A DNA stretch of 64,000 nucleotides, taken from positions 1,240,001 through 1,304,000 of the forward strand of contig MU008159.1 in the NCBI GenBank assembly GCA_010909165.1, read 5' to 3'. Each line of letters starts with the position of its first letter. Within the stretch, counting starts at the first letter, position 1. A program made the translations under genes and the position numbers. Shown here piece by piece: positions 50,201 to 62,105 of the stretch. This DNA comes from Anthoceros angustus. Its lineage: Eukaryota; Plantae; Anthocerotophyta. A model generated the notes under the pieces. It was not told the DNA's origin. It ran no database searches and worked only from the letters and a program-made list of their open reading frames with translations.

Positions 50201-51810
50201 CAAGTGAATCATTCAGCGGGACACCTTTTTCTCTTTGACCTCCGTGTATCCAAACCGGGTAAGTATCTCCACGGCCCCTGGGTTGAATCGAGGCAAGTTC
50301 TAATGTAATAGTAACCAATTTTGCAACCAAACCTTTCCCTCAGCGGACGGAGAAACGCAATATGAAATGACGTTTCTTGGTAAACATGGCGTCGATCTTC
50401 CTTGCTACTCGCTATGTGTCTTGAATCTTGATTCCTCGTACAATGGCAACCGTTGCTCAACTGAGCAAGGCTGTCGAGCTAAAGTGCTTCATGAAGATCG
50501 GAGCAGGTGAACATGCAGGCAGAAATTCAATGATATGCTTTATCTTCCTTCACTTCAGTTGCTGTTCGTGACAGTAATAACTGCTGGGCAGAGAGTTGAT
50601 CGAAAGGGCGCAAAGTGCTGCCATCTTGGCTGTGGGAAGTAAAGGCAAAGTGCAGCTTCTGTCATGCTTCGTTGCGCACTGGGGCATTTCTCTCTCTCTA
50701 CTGGCAGCACTTTCAGGAGCTCTGGATGCAGCTCTTCCATCTCCGGAGGGTATGTTCGCAAAATGAAGATCTGATAGGTGTTACTTGGAGTCGATAACTG
50801 CTGTGCACTTGTGCTCAAGATCACATGACATAATCTGTTTATTGGACATGTTGTCAGTTTATGTCGACCAGCTTCGTGAGGCCGAGGAAAGAGACGAACA
50901 AAGCAGTGCTACAGAGTTTTGGGAAGGGTGTGAAGCTACAGAGCCGTCTTTCTTGCATCCAGCTAAGAGCAAAACCTGCCTCATGAACCTTCAGCACATT
51001 GTGACCTTCTCAACGACAGGCAGCGGCTACGTGACAGAGTTGATACCTGGGTTTGAAGCAATGTTAACGGTCGGCTTGCTACCATGGTCAAACTCCTTAA
51101 TGCCTGTGAGGACCGACCGTCCCTTCCTGTAACGGTATGATGCGTTGGCAGGTAGTGGAATACCTGCATGGAGTGGGCATCTACCGAGTTCTTGGACGAG
51201 GGAAGGTAGTGCAACTTGTGTGGCAGGCCTTCCCCGAGCCTATCCAGTCCTTGTTACCTCTGTAAGGCTATTTTCACATTCTTGCCATTCTTGCGTGCAA
51301 CAGAGTCTCGTTGGGCCAACATCTTTTTGCTGAACCCTTTCTCCACACGTTAAAAGGGTGCCCGTGCCACAAACTCGTGTGCAGGTCAGACGATTTGTAC
51401 CTGGTGGCATCCCATGGAATGTGTCTGCTGCAGAGGGACCGGGCAGCCGAGATACAGTTTCAGGTAGATACCTGACATGGAAGGCAAAATGCTTTGTGTC
51501 CTACCATGGTCGACACTTTGCGATGCAAAGCTAAAGTTAAGGGTCTCTCGTGCTTTTCTGATCACAGGAGGAGCAACAGCAGGAAGATGAACGGGAAGCA
51601 GCCGTTGTGGCCAACGGAAATGGACAACAACCAGAAGCTGACAACCAAGAGCAAAGTCTGTTCTTGGAGGTGCAGAATAGTCGAACACACAGCCTGCCAG
51701 GCTTGAATTGCCTTGCCACCTCCCCTGTACCTTCATCAGGTAGATCGAGGCAATTAAGGAAACGAATTTCAATGAAGTCCACTAAGGACGGATTTCCGTC
51801 ATGGCACTAA
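44217..51810 (+). CDS. Multi-exon divergent DDB1/RSE1/CPSF1-family beta-propeller protein (ends approximate)
   Basis: Many short GT-AG introns. Exon peptides DMLLVILSG, KLSVLGWD, LQTIAPVMDAL...LLVTGSAPTSKLQK, HYLCAGTADGFLMCYKL, LVLLTTDGQLVFGHLD and KVLLKGNP..QLAYH follow DDB1/MMS1-type motifs in order. Confidence 0.6.
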
Positions 51811-52432
51811 GCCTCGACATGTCCTCCTTCACTTCGTTCTGGGTTAACTGTACAGCCTTCTCGTATCTGCAGCTCTTCGAATGTTTGGCCTACATGCGCC
51901 AGCCCATGCAATATCACAGAAACCTGACACCTGGAATGCTGTACTCGTTGCACCAAACGGCGAGGTTTTTGCCAAACCCAGCTTTACCTTGGGATAGGGT
52001 TGTCCGGCTCTTTCAAGAATCTCATCTGCCAGCCTGCATCAGGTTGGAGTACTCACCGTGGCTGGGCCCTCAGTTCAGAAATCACAGGTTTAAGACGATA
52101 CAGCAGCAAGATATACACAGGTACGTAGCATCCTCCAATTACCACATACCAAGTTCAGCGCACATAAGCAAGCTACTCACACTCAGACTAGTGTGCAAAG
52201 TGAGTACAGCTTGAATGCGTGATCCGATTTACAACTCCTCAACCAGGACGAAGGACATATACTGTTCAAATTTACAATTGCAGTCCTCAAGACCAGGGCA
52301 TGTGTTCTTCACAAAGTACGAATCTCCAAGCGACTGGGTCCGAGCAGGATTTGAAGAATTTGCTTATACCTAGTAGCACGTTCCTAGAGTTAAAAAGGCT
52401 ACAAAATCTTGTTTGATGTCGGGAGTGGAAAA

Positions 52433-53224
52433 CTAGTCGGCCTTAGCTCTAGCTGAGCGGGCTCGATGTCTCAATTCCGCTCTCTTCCACTGCACTATGA
52501 GTTGTACAAGCGTGCGAAGACTGTTGATCTGCAAACAAATCAATCCGGTAACAATTAGCCCGAGAGAAAATTCTCAACTCACGCACGATATAACTTGCTA
52601 ACTGATTACACCTCACCAGGATCAGTGATGACACCAAAAGCAATGGCCCAGACCACAACGTCGAAAGAAACGTGCCATGGCGATCGAAGTAAGGCTGTGT
52701 CGCAAATCTCTCCCAATGCCTGGCTAATACGGTGTTCAGCCTTTCGGCATACAGCACAAAAATCACTGAAACCAAAAGGCACATGAGATCAGGCACCAAC
52801 AAACGACAACCCGGCTGCAAACCAAATTAACACAAAGCACGACGTACCTGAAGCAAGGAAAAGGGGCGCCTGGATACTCATGTTACGCCTGGTGACGACG
52901 GCCAGGAAGAGCATGATGACATGAAACACAAGCACGCCAATCAACCAAGGCTCCTGCGGGCCAGTGACAGCAACATGCGTGCTCAGAATGGCTTCCAGCA
53001 AGCTGCATCATCCAATCACACTAAAGCGCGATCCAATCCGGAAACAGAAAAACACATACCGTCCAGTCCACTGCGTGGTAGAAACCGAGGATTGGCTCCA
53101 AAAACTTGTGCCTATTCGCCGATGCATCCAGCAACTGCTTGCGCACATCCGCAGCGACCTTGTCATAAATTCCCGTGAGCCCGTCGGCGAAGGCAGCCAG
53201 ATCCCTTTGCATGTCCATCACCAT
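52433..53224 (-). CDS. TMEM18: Transmembrane protein 18, 4 exons
   Basis: GFYHAVDWT|EPWLIGVLVFH...|...AERLNTVLARHWERFATQPYFDRHGTFLSTLWSGPLL..IL|INSLRTLVQLIVQWKRAELRHRAR..*, with GT-AG introns. Confidence 0.92.
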
Positions 53225-53772
53225 CTTGCGCCCTCCGCTGACAGGCACGTGCGCTCCTTCCGTCAGTGGAAAACCCTAAACCCCTGACCCTCCAGGTTTA
53301 TAGGGTCGCGAGACCGAGGTCTGGAGCGGGACCGGAACCGGGACCGGGACCGTAACAAGAGCCTGTTGGGGGACAAGCGACAAACTGACGAAGGCATCAC
53401 TGTAACCGGGAGGACATCATCCGGTGGCGTGAGAGCAGGATGAACTGGCCGAAATGTGGGATAAGCCAAAATCTGGACATGGCCTTGTCGCAACACGATC
53501 TGTGGAGTGTGAACTCAGCTGGAGGGATGGAATCGGCCGCGAATAGGCCTGGGGATATTCAAGGATCCCCCCAGAGTGCTGGAGCTGGGACCCTCTCCGG
53601 TTTTGGCAGGATTGGGAGTATCCTCGGCTGCCCCGCCCTCCGGAGCTGGGCATGACTTCATCCGTCCAGGGGGCCGGGCTCCTCCTCCTTTCATCATGCC
53701 GCCCGTCACTCGCATTGCTGTTTCTGTGGAGAACCGGGTGCAGTTGCTGCCGACGCCCGCCAGGCTTGGGCC
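53225..53772. promoter_or_regulatory. Probable shared (divergent) promoter between TMEM18 and the RFC3-like gene
   Basis: Head-to-head genes ~550 bp apart. Telo-box-like AAACCCTAAA at ~53272 and GGACCG/GAACCG hexamer repeats at ~53328-53352. Confidence 0.45.
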
Positions 53773-56371
53773 ATGCCGAACAAGGCTGAGGTCCGCACTC
53801 CCAACTTGTCTTGGGACGTGCAGAGCAGGCGGCAGCGGCAGTTGCAGTTGCAGCTGCAGGAGGGCTCTAGCTCCAGGACGAGCACCTGCAACAGCGTCGG
53901 GTCCAGTCCTGGCACCTGGTCCTCGTCCAGCGCTTGGTGGGTTGGGGGTGGCGACAAGGCGGGGACTACTCCCAGCCGCTGGGCCGGCCATACTCCCAGT
54001 CGCTGGGATGGAAGCTCTCCCGCTCCTTCCCGCCCGTCTGTGTCGAAGTCTGGCCCCCTTGTTGGGCCCCTTGTGAGGTCGGAGTCTCTGGACAGAGTTG
54101 CAACCCGGAACAACAGGATTCGGAAGGAGGACACTGGAGTTGCAACTAGAGTGAGGAAGGGTGCTACTCCTACGAATGAAGACGCAGAGCTCAGATCGTT
54201 CTGGAAGAATTGTCAACTTGCTTGTCTCCCTCGAATTGCGAGCGGGGGAGGTCACAATAGGTCCCTGCAGCATGGCTCCCGCTCGCTCACTATCAAGAAC
54301 TCGTCATTTAAGGACGGAGTAAGAATGCTGTGGGCAGACAAGTACCGACCCATGACGCTTGACTCGTTCGACATCCATTATGACCTGGCACTGCATCTTA
54401 GGCACCTGGTTGAGCCCCTTGACTTCCGCTTTTCAATGCACGGTGAAGCTTGCTTGTGACTTCGGGGCTCTGAAATTGAGTTGTTGCAATCCATGCAGAC
54501 GTCCCAAGGAATCTGCCCTCACTTGTTGTTTCAAGGCCCTCCAGGAGCAGGGAAAAGGTCTCTGGCCTCTGCCACCATCCGGGGGATTTTCGGATTGACT
54601 GCCTGCAAGGTGGGATTTGCATCTCTGCTTGTGGAACCACTTTTCGTGTCGTGCCTATTGTCAGTATTGCCGGTTGATATTTCATGATTAAACACAAGCA
54701 GCATGTCTCAAGCGGTTTGATCCACATTGCAGGTCAAAACTGAGACCAGAAGGTTTCGAAAGCGGGTATAACCCTCTGGCCTGAATAGTCAATGCCTTGC
54801 CTCTTCTGCCAGACGCGTTCTGTCTCACACTTCGTGAAATGTCATCGTGGCATGTCATGCAGGATGATCCAACGTACACAGTTCTCGTTCCAATTTACTC
54901 AAGCTCCCGCTATGTGGAGGTGAATTTGAGGAATGTCGGTGGTCTGGATTATGAGGTTTTGACAACTATAGCAAGGGAAATGACCGCTATATCTGAACTT
55001 GTCCAAAGTGCACCAGATGATGACTTGCAGGTTCCTTATTTTAAAGGTGATCTAGACAGCTTCATGATTTGTTTCTCTATGGGGACACTTGGGTGTCTGC
55101 AGTAGCGCTGATTGAAGCGTTTATGCTGTCCACAGTTCTGCTGTTACTGAATGCGCAAATCTTGTCAGCCGACGCTTGGCAGTACATCTGCCGGACCATG
55201 GAAAAAGTGGACTCCCTTAAGTTCATTCTTTGCTGTGATGGGCATGTGAGATGGATGAGTGATGCTTTTGCAAAGAGTCCTCGTCAGGTCATAACTGTGC
55301 GAGCACCTAGCACAGATGAGGTAAGTTGATAGATTGACATTGTTCATAGTTGACCTGTTCCTTCTCCCGAGCAACTTCTAAGTCGTCTGTGCTTCCATGT
55401 AGGTCGTTAAAGTGATGAAGAAGTCTGTGCAGAAGGAGAACTTGAGTGTGCCTGAATTTCTGGCCTTACGCATTGCAAGACAGTCAAACCATAACATGCG
55501 GAAAGCATTGGTGGCATTAGAAGCATGTCACGGATATCAGTGAGTGTTATCCTCACGGACACTTGACACGCCTTGCTGGACTCACTTCCCACTACTTTTG
55601 GAATATGCATTATGGTCCTTCCATCACTCATACATGTTTCATCGCAGGTATCCTTTCATGAATGACCAGGCAATTTATGTTGACTGGGAGGAAGATATTG
55701 TACAGGTTGCATATGAGATTTTGTCTGAGCAGACGCCGAGGAGGTAATGTGGCTTGGTGTTATGAGTTTTCGGTGTCAATTGGGGCACGTTCCTATGCTG
55801 CCAATCGGATGGGGAAATGCTTGTCCTGTGCGAGCTAATTTCGTAATTGTGTATTTCTGTTTTCAGACTTCATCAGGCTCGAGGAAAGCTTCAGCTTCTC
55901 CTTGCAAACTGCATACCTCCTACCCTCATTCTCCAGGTTCATTTGATTGCTGAAGCGTTAAGCGAGACTGGGTAGTGGCTATGAAGGATCCTCCCAACTT
56001 AGATCAATTGTTTCTTTTTCACAATATCCAGAGGCTTGTCGAAGAGGTGATACGTATCATGGGGGCGCAACTAAGGAGGGAGGTCTGCTATTGGGCAGCT
56101 ATTTATGTACGTATCCAGCACCAGGGCCTAACATGGAGAGTGAAAGAGCTAAGTGCTAACAAATTTTGCCTTTGATAACACGCAGGAGCAGCGGATGTCC
56201 TCGGGATTAAACGCAATATTCAAACTTGAAGGTGAGCATTTTTTTGTTAACAGACCGATTTCCTCTATCCAGAGGGAAGATGAGCACATTTTCCCTCTTT
56301 TCTCTGGTGCAGAGTTTCTGGCCAGATTCATGAGCATCTACAAGGCCAATTTTGTGAGACCTCTGCCATGA
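53773..56371 (+). CDS. Replication factor C subunit 3 (yeast Rfc5)-like protein with N-terminal extension, multi-exon
   Basis: MLWADKYRP, PHLLFQGPPGAGKRS, RTMEK, NMRKALVALEAC, YPF...DWEEDI..EQTP, RGKLQLLLANCIPP, AIFKLE|EFLARFMSIYK. Confidence 0.88.
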
Positions 56372-56679
56372 GCTCGCAGGGGAACCGTCCTGGACTTGGA
56401 AGTGTGTTTTTGTGACGTGCTTTAGCGGCCTGTTGTATGTGTATGTAGGATCTACTCGTCGCGCTTGTTTTGAACTTTGAACCGTCTGTAGACTGTACAG
56501 TGTATGTCCCCTCTATGCGGCCTTGCCTTGGTGCAGTAATACTGTCCCAGACGTAATTGTCAGCCATTCTCGAGGAAAGTTGACAGCCATTCTTGCGGAA
56601 TGGTGTCGGCCAATTTCGGGGAGCAAGTACCTTGACCGCTGTCGCGGACTGAACGTAAGCCACATGGTGGCAAAGCACC

Positions 56680-59210
56680 ATGCTTTGTCACGTGGTCACA
56701 AAGCACTCGGCTGTGCCTTTCCTCGATCACAGTGTGAAATCAGGACTCGGGAGCTCCAAAATAAAATTCGTGGCATTTCTGAATGTCACGGGCGGACAGT
56801 GGGCATGTTCAGGGCGATGGGTGGGGGCTGGGGTGGCCCTGGCGGTGGGGGCTGCACTCGTTTTGCCGGCTTCCCTTTTCTTCTACTCGCAATCGCTGAG
56901 GTCGGCAACGACAGTCGCGGGCAGATTCTGGCAGCTGCCTCTCGTGGGGGAGACCTTGGAGCTCCTGAACTGCGCCAATCCCGACGATTTCCTGCTGCGT
57001 CGAGTCAATCGGTGAGGCGCATTCAAATTGGGCCCCTGCGCATGAACAAGTCTGCATTCTTGACAGCCCTGATTCAGAAGCTGACGGAGGGCCTGTGCAG
57101 ATACGGGCCAGTTTTCCGGACGCACCTGTTTCGCCGTCCAACAGTATGCATGAGCGAGGCGGACGGAGTCAAATTCGTGCTGCAGTCGCACAAGCTATTC
57201 AGAACGGCCTATTTCGATTTTCCTCTCAAGAACGTGCTGGGTGCGGGTGGCACCGTCCACACGGAGGGGCATACACACACACAGCTCCGGAGGCTGATGC
57301 TGGCTCCTCTCACTCCCGAAGCTCTCAAACGAGCCACCTCCAGGATTGACATTGCCGCACAAGAGTGCCTCCGATCACAAGTACCTTCGGCTCCGGATTC
57401 GGATTCGTCTGTGGTCATCAACACTTTCGATGTGGCCAAAAAGGTAATGCCCCAGTTACGGCCAATCCTTGGAATTACAGACCAGGAGCTGATGCGGATT
57501 TTTTGGATTGCGGTAGTTCACCTTTGACATAGCCCGACAGTTCATCTGCAACAGTGTGACAGACTATGCTGTCACGGAAAGGCTTGTGCGAGCTTTGCTG
57601 CGCTGGAGAAAGGTGTGACCACCACCTTCCCTGTCAAATTACCAGGAACTGTATTCAGACGGGCTCTGCATGTGCATGCCTCCACTCTTCTCTCTCCGTC
57701 AGTTTTGATGAACATTGCGAATTTCGTGCCATCTTAACATTTTGGTATGGATTGTTAGGGGCGGCGAGTAGTAGTGAGCCTGTTGAACGATTTGATTGAA
57801 AGTAGACGAGCGGAGAAGGGATCAACGCAGCCTGAGGATCTGGTTGGTTCGTTTCTTCAAGGGAAGGAACTCGACAATCTGCAGATCATAGACAACATCA
57901 TCTTTACAATGTTTGCTGGGTACGACACCACGGCAACCGCTATCTGTTGGGTGTTGAACAACCTGTGTTTGTATCCTGAGGACTTGGAGGCAGTCAAGGT
58001 AGGCACTTCAACGAGTTTTCATCATATCCAGTGCTGGTTACTCTCGGGCCTCCTATTCAAACTGCAGTTCACTGGCTGCATCCGCAGGCGGAAAATGCTG
58101 CTGTTGCGGAAAGGCGCGCATCTGGAGACGATCGTGTCACCTGCGGCTGCCCCTGACCCGGCGCGCAAGTGTCACACAAAGCTGATGCTTTCTGTTTGAG
58201 CATCTATGTATCATGGGCAGTGTACGTCCGCAGGCGATTGGCGAAAGCTTGAGACTTGCCAACATTATTCCCTTTCCTCAGAGGATCCCACACGAGGATG
58301 TCCTCTACAATGATACGACATCGAGCTCCAGGCCTGGCTCGAGGTCTTGTATCTTCATGTATGTGAAAGGCATCTTAAAGAGACCACTAGAGCGACTGAA
58401 TTTGCATTGATAGATCAAGGTATTTATACGAACGCAATCAAGGTATCTATACAAGTGCGTTCGTGTAACTGCTGAGCAGTTGATACTCTACGAAGTAACC
58501 TGCCTAACTGTGGGAACTGAAGCTTAAACATTATTTTCCAGCATCTATGTGAAACGTGCCCTAACTCGGATCCGCCAGCGCCTGCATCGCGCTATGTCGC
58601 AACACATCTAACATGTGAAATGTGAACCTGCGTGGATATTGCAGGCATTCTCATTCCAAAAGGCTGGTCGGTAATGGTTTGGACTCATTCAGTCCATCTC
58701 GACTCCAAGCTCTTCCCGAATCACAACAAAGTTTATCCTGACCGGTTCAAGCTAAGTACCTAGGACAAACCTAGGCATTGGGGTTACAACTTCCAGGAAT
58801 CAGACAGTTTGGTGTCGAGTTTAGAATCTTAGCATCACTTGGGGTTTCGTGGATGCAGACGACCCCAAAGGCCAATACGTACACACCCTTTGGTTAGAGT
58901 ATGTCCAGGCAGTGAGCTGGCCACGCTGGATGCTCTCGTGTTCCTGCACCACTTCATTGTAAGTGGCTAGCTATCTCAAAATCCTGATCATGGGTTTGAA
59001 GCTGTGGACGGTGGACGAGTTATTGGGTAGGTTTGCAATGAAAGCCAACTTCCATTTCTCATTCCGACCAGGCTGACCACATATTGTGCTTCCCGGGGGC
59101 TGTGTAGGTTTCAGGCAACAATAGCACTTGAGCCAAAGCCGAAACGAGTGAATTGGCTGTTACCACAACCTCCCCAGGGATTGCCTTTGAGCATATGTAG
59201 GAGACGGTGA
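56680..59210 (+). pseudogene. Cytochrome P450, CYP85 clan, disrupted
   Basis: LPLVGETL, YGPVFRTHLF, AGYDTT, ESLR, IPKGW and PDRF motifs. Frameshift at ~57585 and an 8-nt deletion in the heme motif (FG-t-RVCPG, 58889-58910). Confidence 0.8.
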
Positions 59211-59285
59211 CGAAGCAAGCTCATTATGAAGGGAGCTATGATCCCAGGGGTGGGACGAAGGGAGAGGAGGCATGGGTGGGAGACT

Positions 59286-62105
59286 TGTGCAGATATATGT
59301 TTATATAACCTAATACTCGCTTAAGTACTGATAGCATTTAGGGTTATGAAAGGTCGTTTAGATGAAACGACTCTATGGTCAATTTAAGAAGTAGTTTAGA
59401 CAAACAATTTTTTGTACATTTCTGATCTATCTGAGTTTTAGCTTTCTCGTCTCCTACTCGTTCCTTCACATGGTATCAGAGCCATGCTCGCATCTTGTGC
59501 TAAATCTTGAAATATGCCGAGGCAAGGTGGCAATCGTAGAGGTTCACATCTAGGTGGATCCTCTAGACACCCTCATCTAGGAAGATGTCCACCAAGACAC
59601 ACAGCACCCCTGTCTATAGACACGGTGCTTGACCTCTACGAGCAAAACTACCCTGCTCTCTGGCTACAAAGATTTGCTGCTCAACGTGACCCTACATCTA
59701 CAGCAACTTGGACATTCAACAGAAATCAAGAGTCCAACCGGCTCTATCGAGCACGCTGCCGCAGGAGAGGACATAACCCCAACTGTACCCCATACCTCGA
59801 CCAGAAGCTTTAGCTTCCCCAGATTACTTGTTCAGACCCGCATCTGAAATAACAATCCCAGGATCTATTGTAGGTAGACCAAGGGCCACGCGACAATCTG
59901 CAGCAAGACACCACAACACAGAATTTAATGCCCACACTGGATTAAGGATCATTGCTGACAAATCACAAGCGATACTTATCCGTGTGGAAAAAGTGTTGTC
60001 CCTTGTGCTGTCAAACCAGGTTTTTCTCAAGAACAGAGTTGGCAGCCTGGATTCTGAGACAGAGCGAGCAATTCTCAATCGCAAAGACGAGCTCCAACAG
60101 GATATCAGCCACATTACTGATCTCCTGCAACACATGGACCTCAAATTGCAGAATCTTAAACAGAGTTGCTTGCCTGATGGATCAGATTCCAGTGCCCATG
60201 TCTTGTGAAGCCTTCCGCTGCCCCAGAGTAGAGACACCCAGGAGCAGGAGGAATTCCTACCCCTGATCTGAATCGGTGCATTTTTCATTGCACCTCTTTG
60301 CTGAATTTGCCTGCACACAACCACATTGGTCCACCTGTAGGTGTCACTTCACAGGATTGGAACATGTCGGTTGACTTGACCTAACTGAAACGTCATAAAA
60401 ATGAACAGGTATTATTTTTAGGGTTTGCCCACAGTTCTTGGCAACCTTTCATAATAGCGAGGAAGGAAAGTTGAGGAGTTCAGCACGAGCAGGGCATAGC
60501 GGCTAGCTACCCCCTCCTCTGGCTGACCTCCCCAGCATCCCTCCCCTGCACATTATGATCAGTCTCTAATTACGAATAAACAAATGATGCATGAATACTT
60601 ACCTGTACTGTTAGAGCCATAGCTCTCTATAGTTTGTCTAAGTGTTCATGTCCACTGCAGCACATCTGAACGCACTCATTAATAGTTTTCAGCAACTTAC
60701 TTTACATCAAACCAATCAGCCCTCAGCCATGGCAGCATCAGCATCCACGCCTTCCTTTACCTCAGAACTTAAAGAGAAAGATAGGTTTAAAGGACAGGGC
60801 TACTCAATATGGAGAGTCTGCATGAGGAGCATGCTGGTTGCTCGTGGTGTTTGGGCCGTTGTGGATGGAACTTCCAAGAAACCGAGCAGACTACTCCTCC
60901 GGCCGCTATTAACGCCAAGTGGGATTTGCTCAATGGCATTGCCATGGCTCTCCTTATCGGAGGCTTAGACGCTGACCTTGTTCCGGAAGTCGAATTCTTC
61001 ACTGCTACAGCTGAGATCTGGAACCAGCTTGAAAAGACATACAAAGTTCAAAACATGATGACTCTTTGCGCAGTTCGGCAAGAGTTCTATGCACTTAAAA
61101 TGAAAGAAGGTGACAAGGTGGCAGCTCATACCAGCAGATTTCGTCATCTGCGGGCACAGATGGCATCGATGACCGGAGAAAAAATGTCCGAAGTTGATGG
61201 TGTGGCCCAGCTGCTAACCAGTCTCCTCGTCTCCTACCAAGCATTTGTTACAAGCCAAAACGGACCAATTCGGACAGCACATACTGCGACTTCCTCTGGT
61301 CAACTGTGACCATCACTCTAGAAGAAGTGATTGGTGCCTTGTTCCAGGAGGAGCAAAGCCGCGCATTCTCTGCTGGTGTTCCTAAGAGCAAAGCGGAGAA
61401 GGTGTTAGCCGCGAATTTCCGTTCATCCAATGGCAAGAACAAATTCAGAGGGGGACACAACACCTTTCGACAAAGAAAGGCGAATCCTCCAACACCAAAC
61501 GACCAGGTTCCTGCAATTGGTGTGGGAATCCTGGCCACTGGGCAAGAGAATGCCGTAAGAAAAAGGCAGGTGAGCCGCAAAAGCAACCCAAGCCTGCTGC
61601 AAACGTGGCAGTCAAGGACAAGGCAAGTCATTCGAAGGCATCTGTGAGGATCCTTACCATCTGCTTGTCTAGTTCTCTATAAGATGAGGGCTGGTACCTG
61701 GATTTTGGTGCCACCACTCATATTTGCAGAGAGAGGGAATTGTTCACTTCCCTTAACCTTGCTCATGTCCATGACAAGGTGCTTCTTGATGATGAGCAGT
61801 CTCAGACAAGTCTGCAGATTGAAGGTTGAGGCACATGTGTGTTTATGCTGCATGATCACACATCTCTCGTGTTAGAAGATGTTCTCTTCGTCCCTGGCAT
61901 GGCCAAGAACCTCATGTCTATGAGTTAGGTCATGCGATTACGTACCTTCTTCATGCATGCAGATTTTGACACTTGCTGCTTCTACAGAAAACAGTCTCCT
62001 AACAGATGTGTTTTCAAAGGCATTTTAGGAAATGACCTGTACAGGATAGACATAACATGTAACACGCAGCCTGTCCAACATGCTGCTCACTCAACTGGAG
62101 CAAAG
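59286..62105 (+). mobile_element. 3'-truncated Ty1/copia (5' LTR, PBS, upstream ORF, gag, PR), related to 32305-39263
   Basis: LTR 59286-59470 (TG...CA); PBS tggtatcagagcc at 59471. Gag ELKEKDRF and QNMMTLCAVRQEFYALKMKEGD; PR WYLDFGAT; DVLFVPGMAKNL. Confidence 0.9.
59514..60208 (+). CDS. Extra ORF(s) upstream of copia gag (basic N-terminal part and coiled-coil C-terminal part)
   Basis: ORFs 59514-59813 and 59828-60208. Peptides are conserved in the leader of the other copia at ~32540-33200. Confidence 0.55.

Noticed and set aside
53515-54273. 252-aa minus-strand ORF and 166-aa plus-strand ORF
   Set aside because: Shadow frames of the GC-rich first exon of the RFC3-like gene.
56523-57527. 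334-aa ORF as a complete gene
   Set aside because: Only 57101-57443 is a P450 exon; the rest is read-through of introns and another frame.
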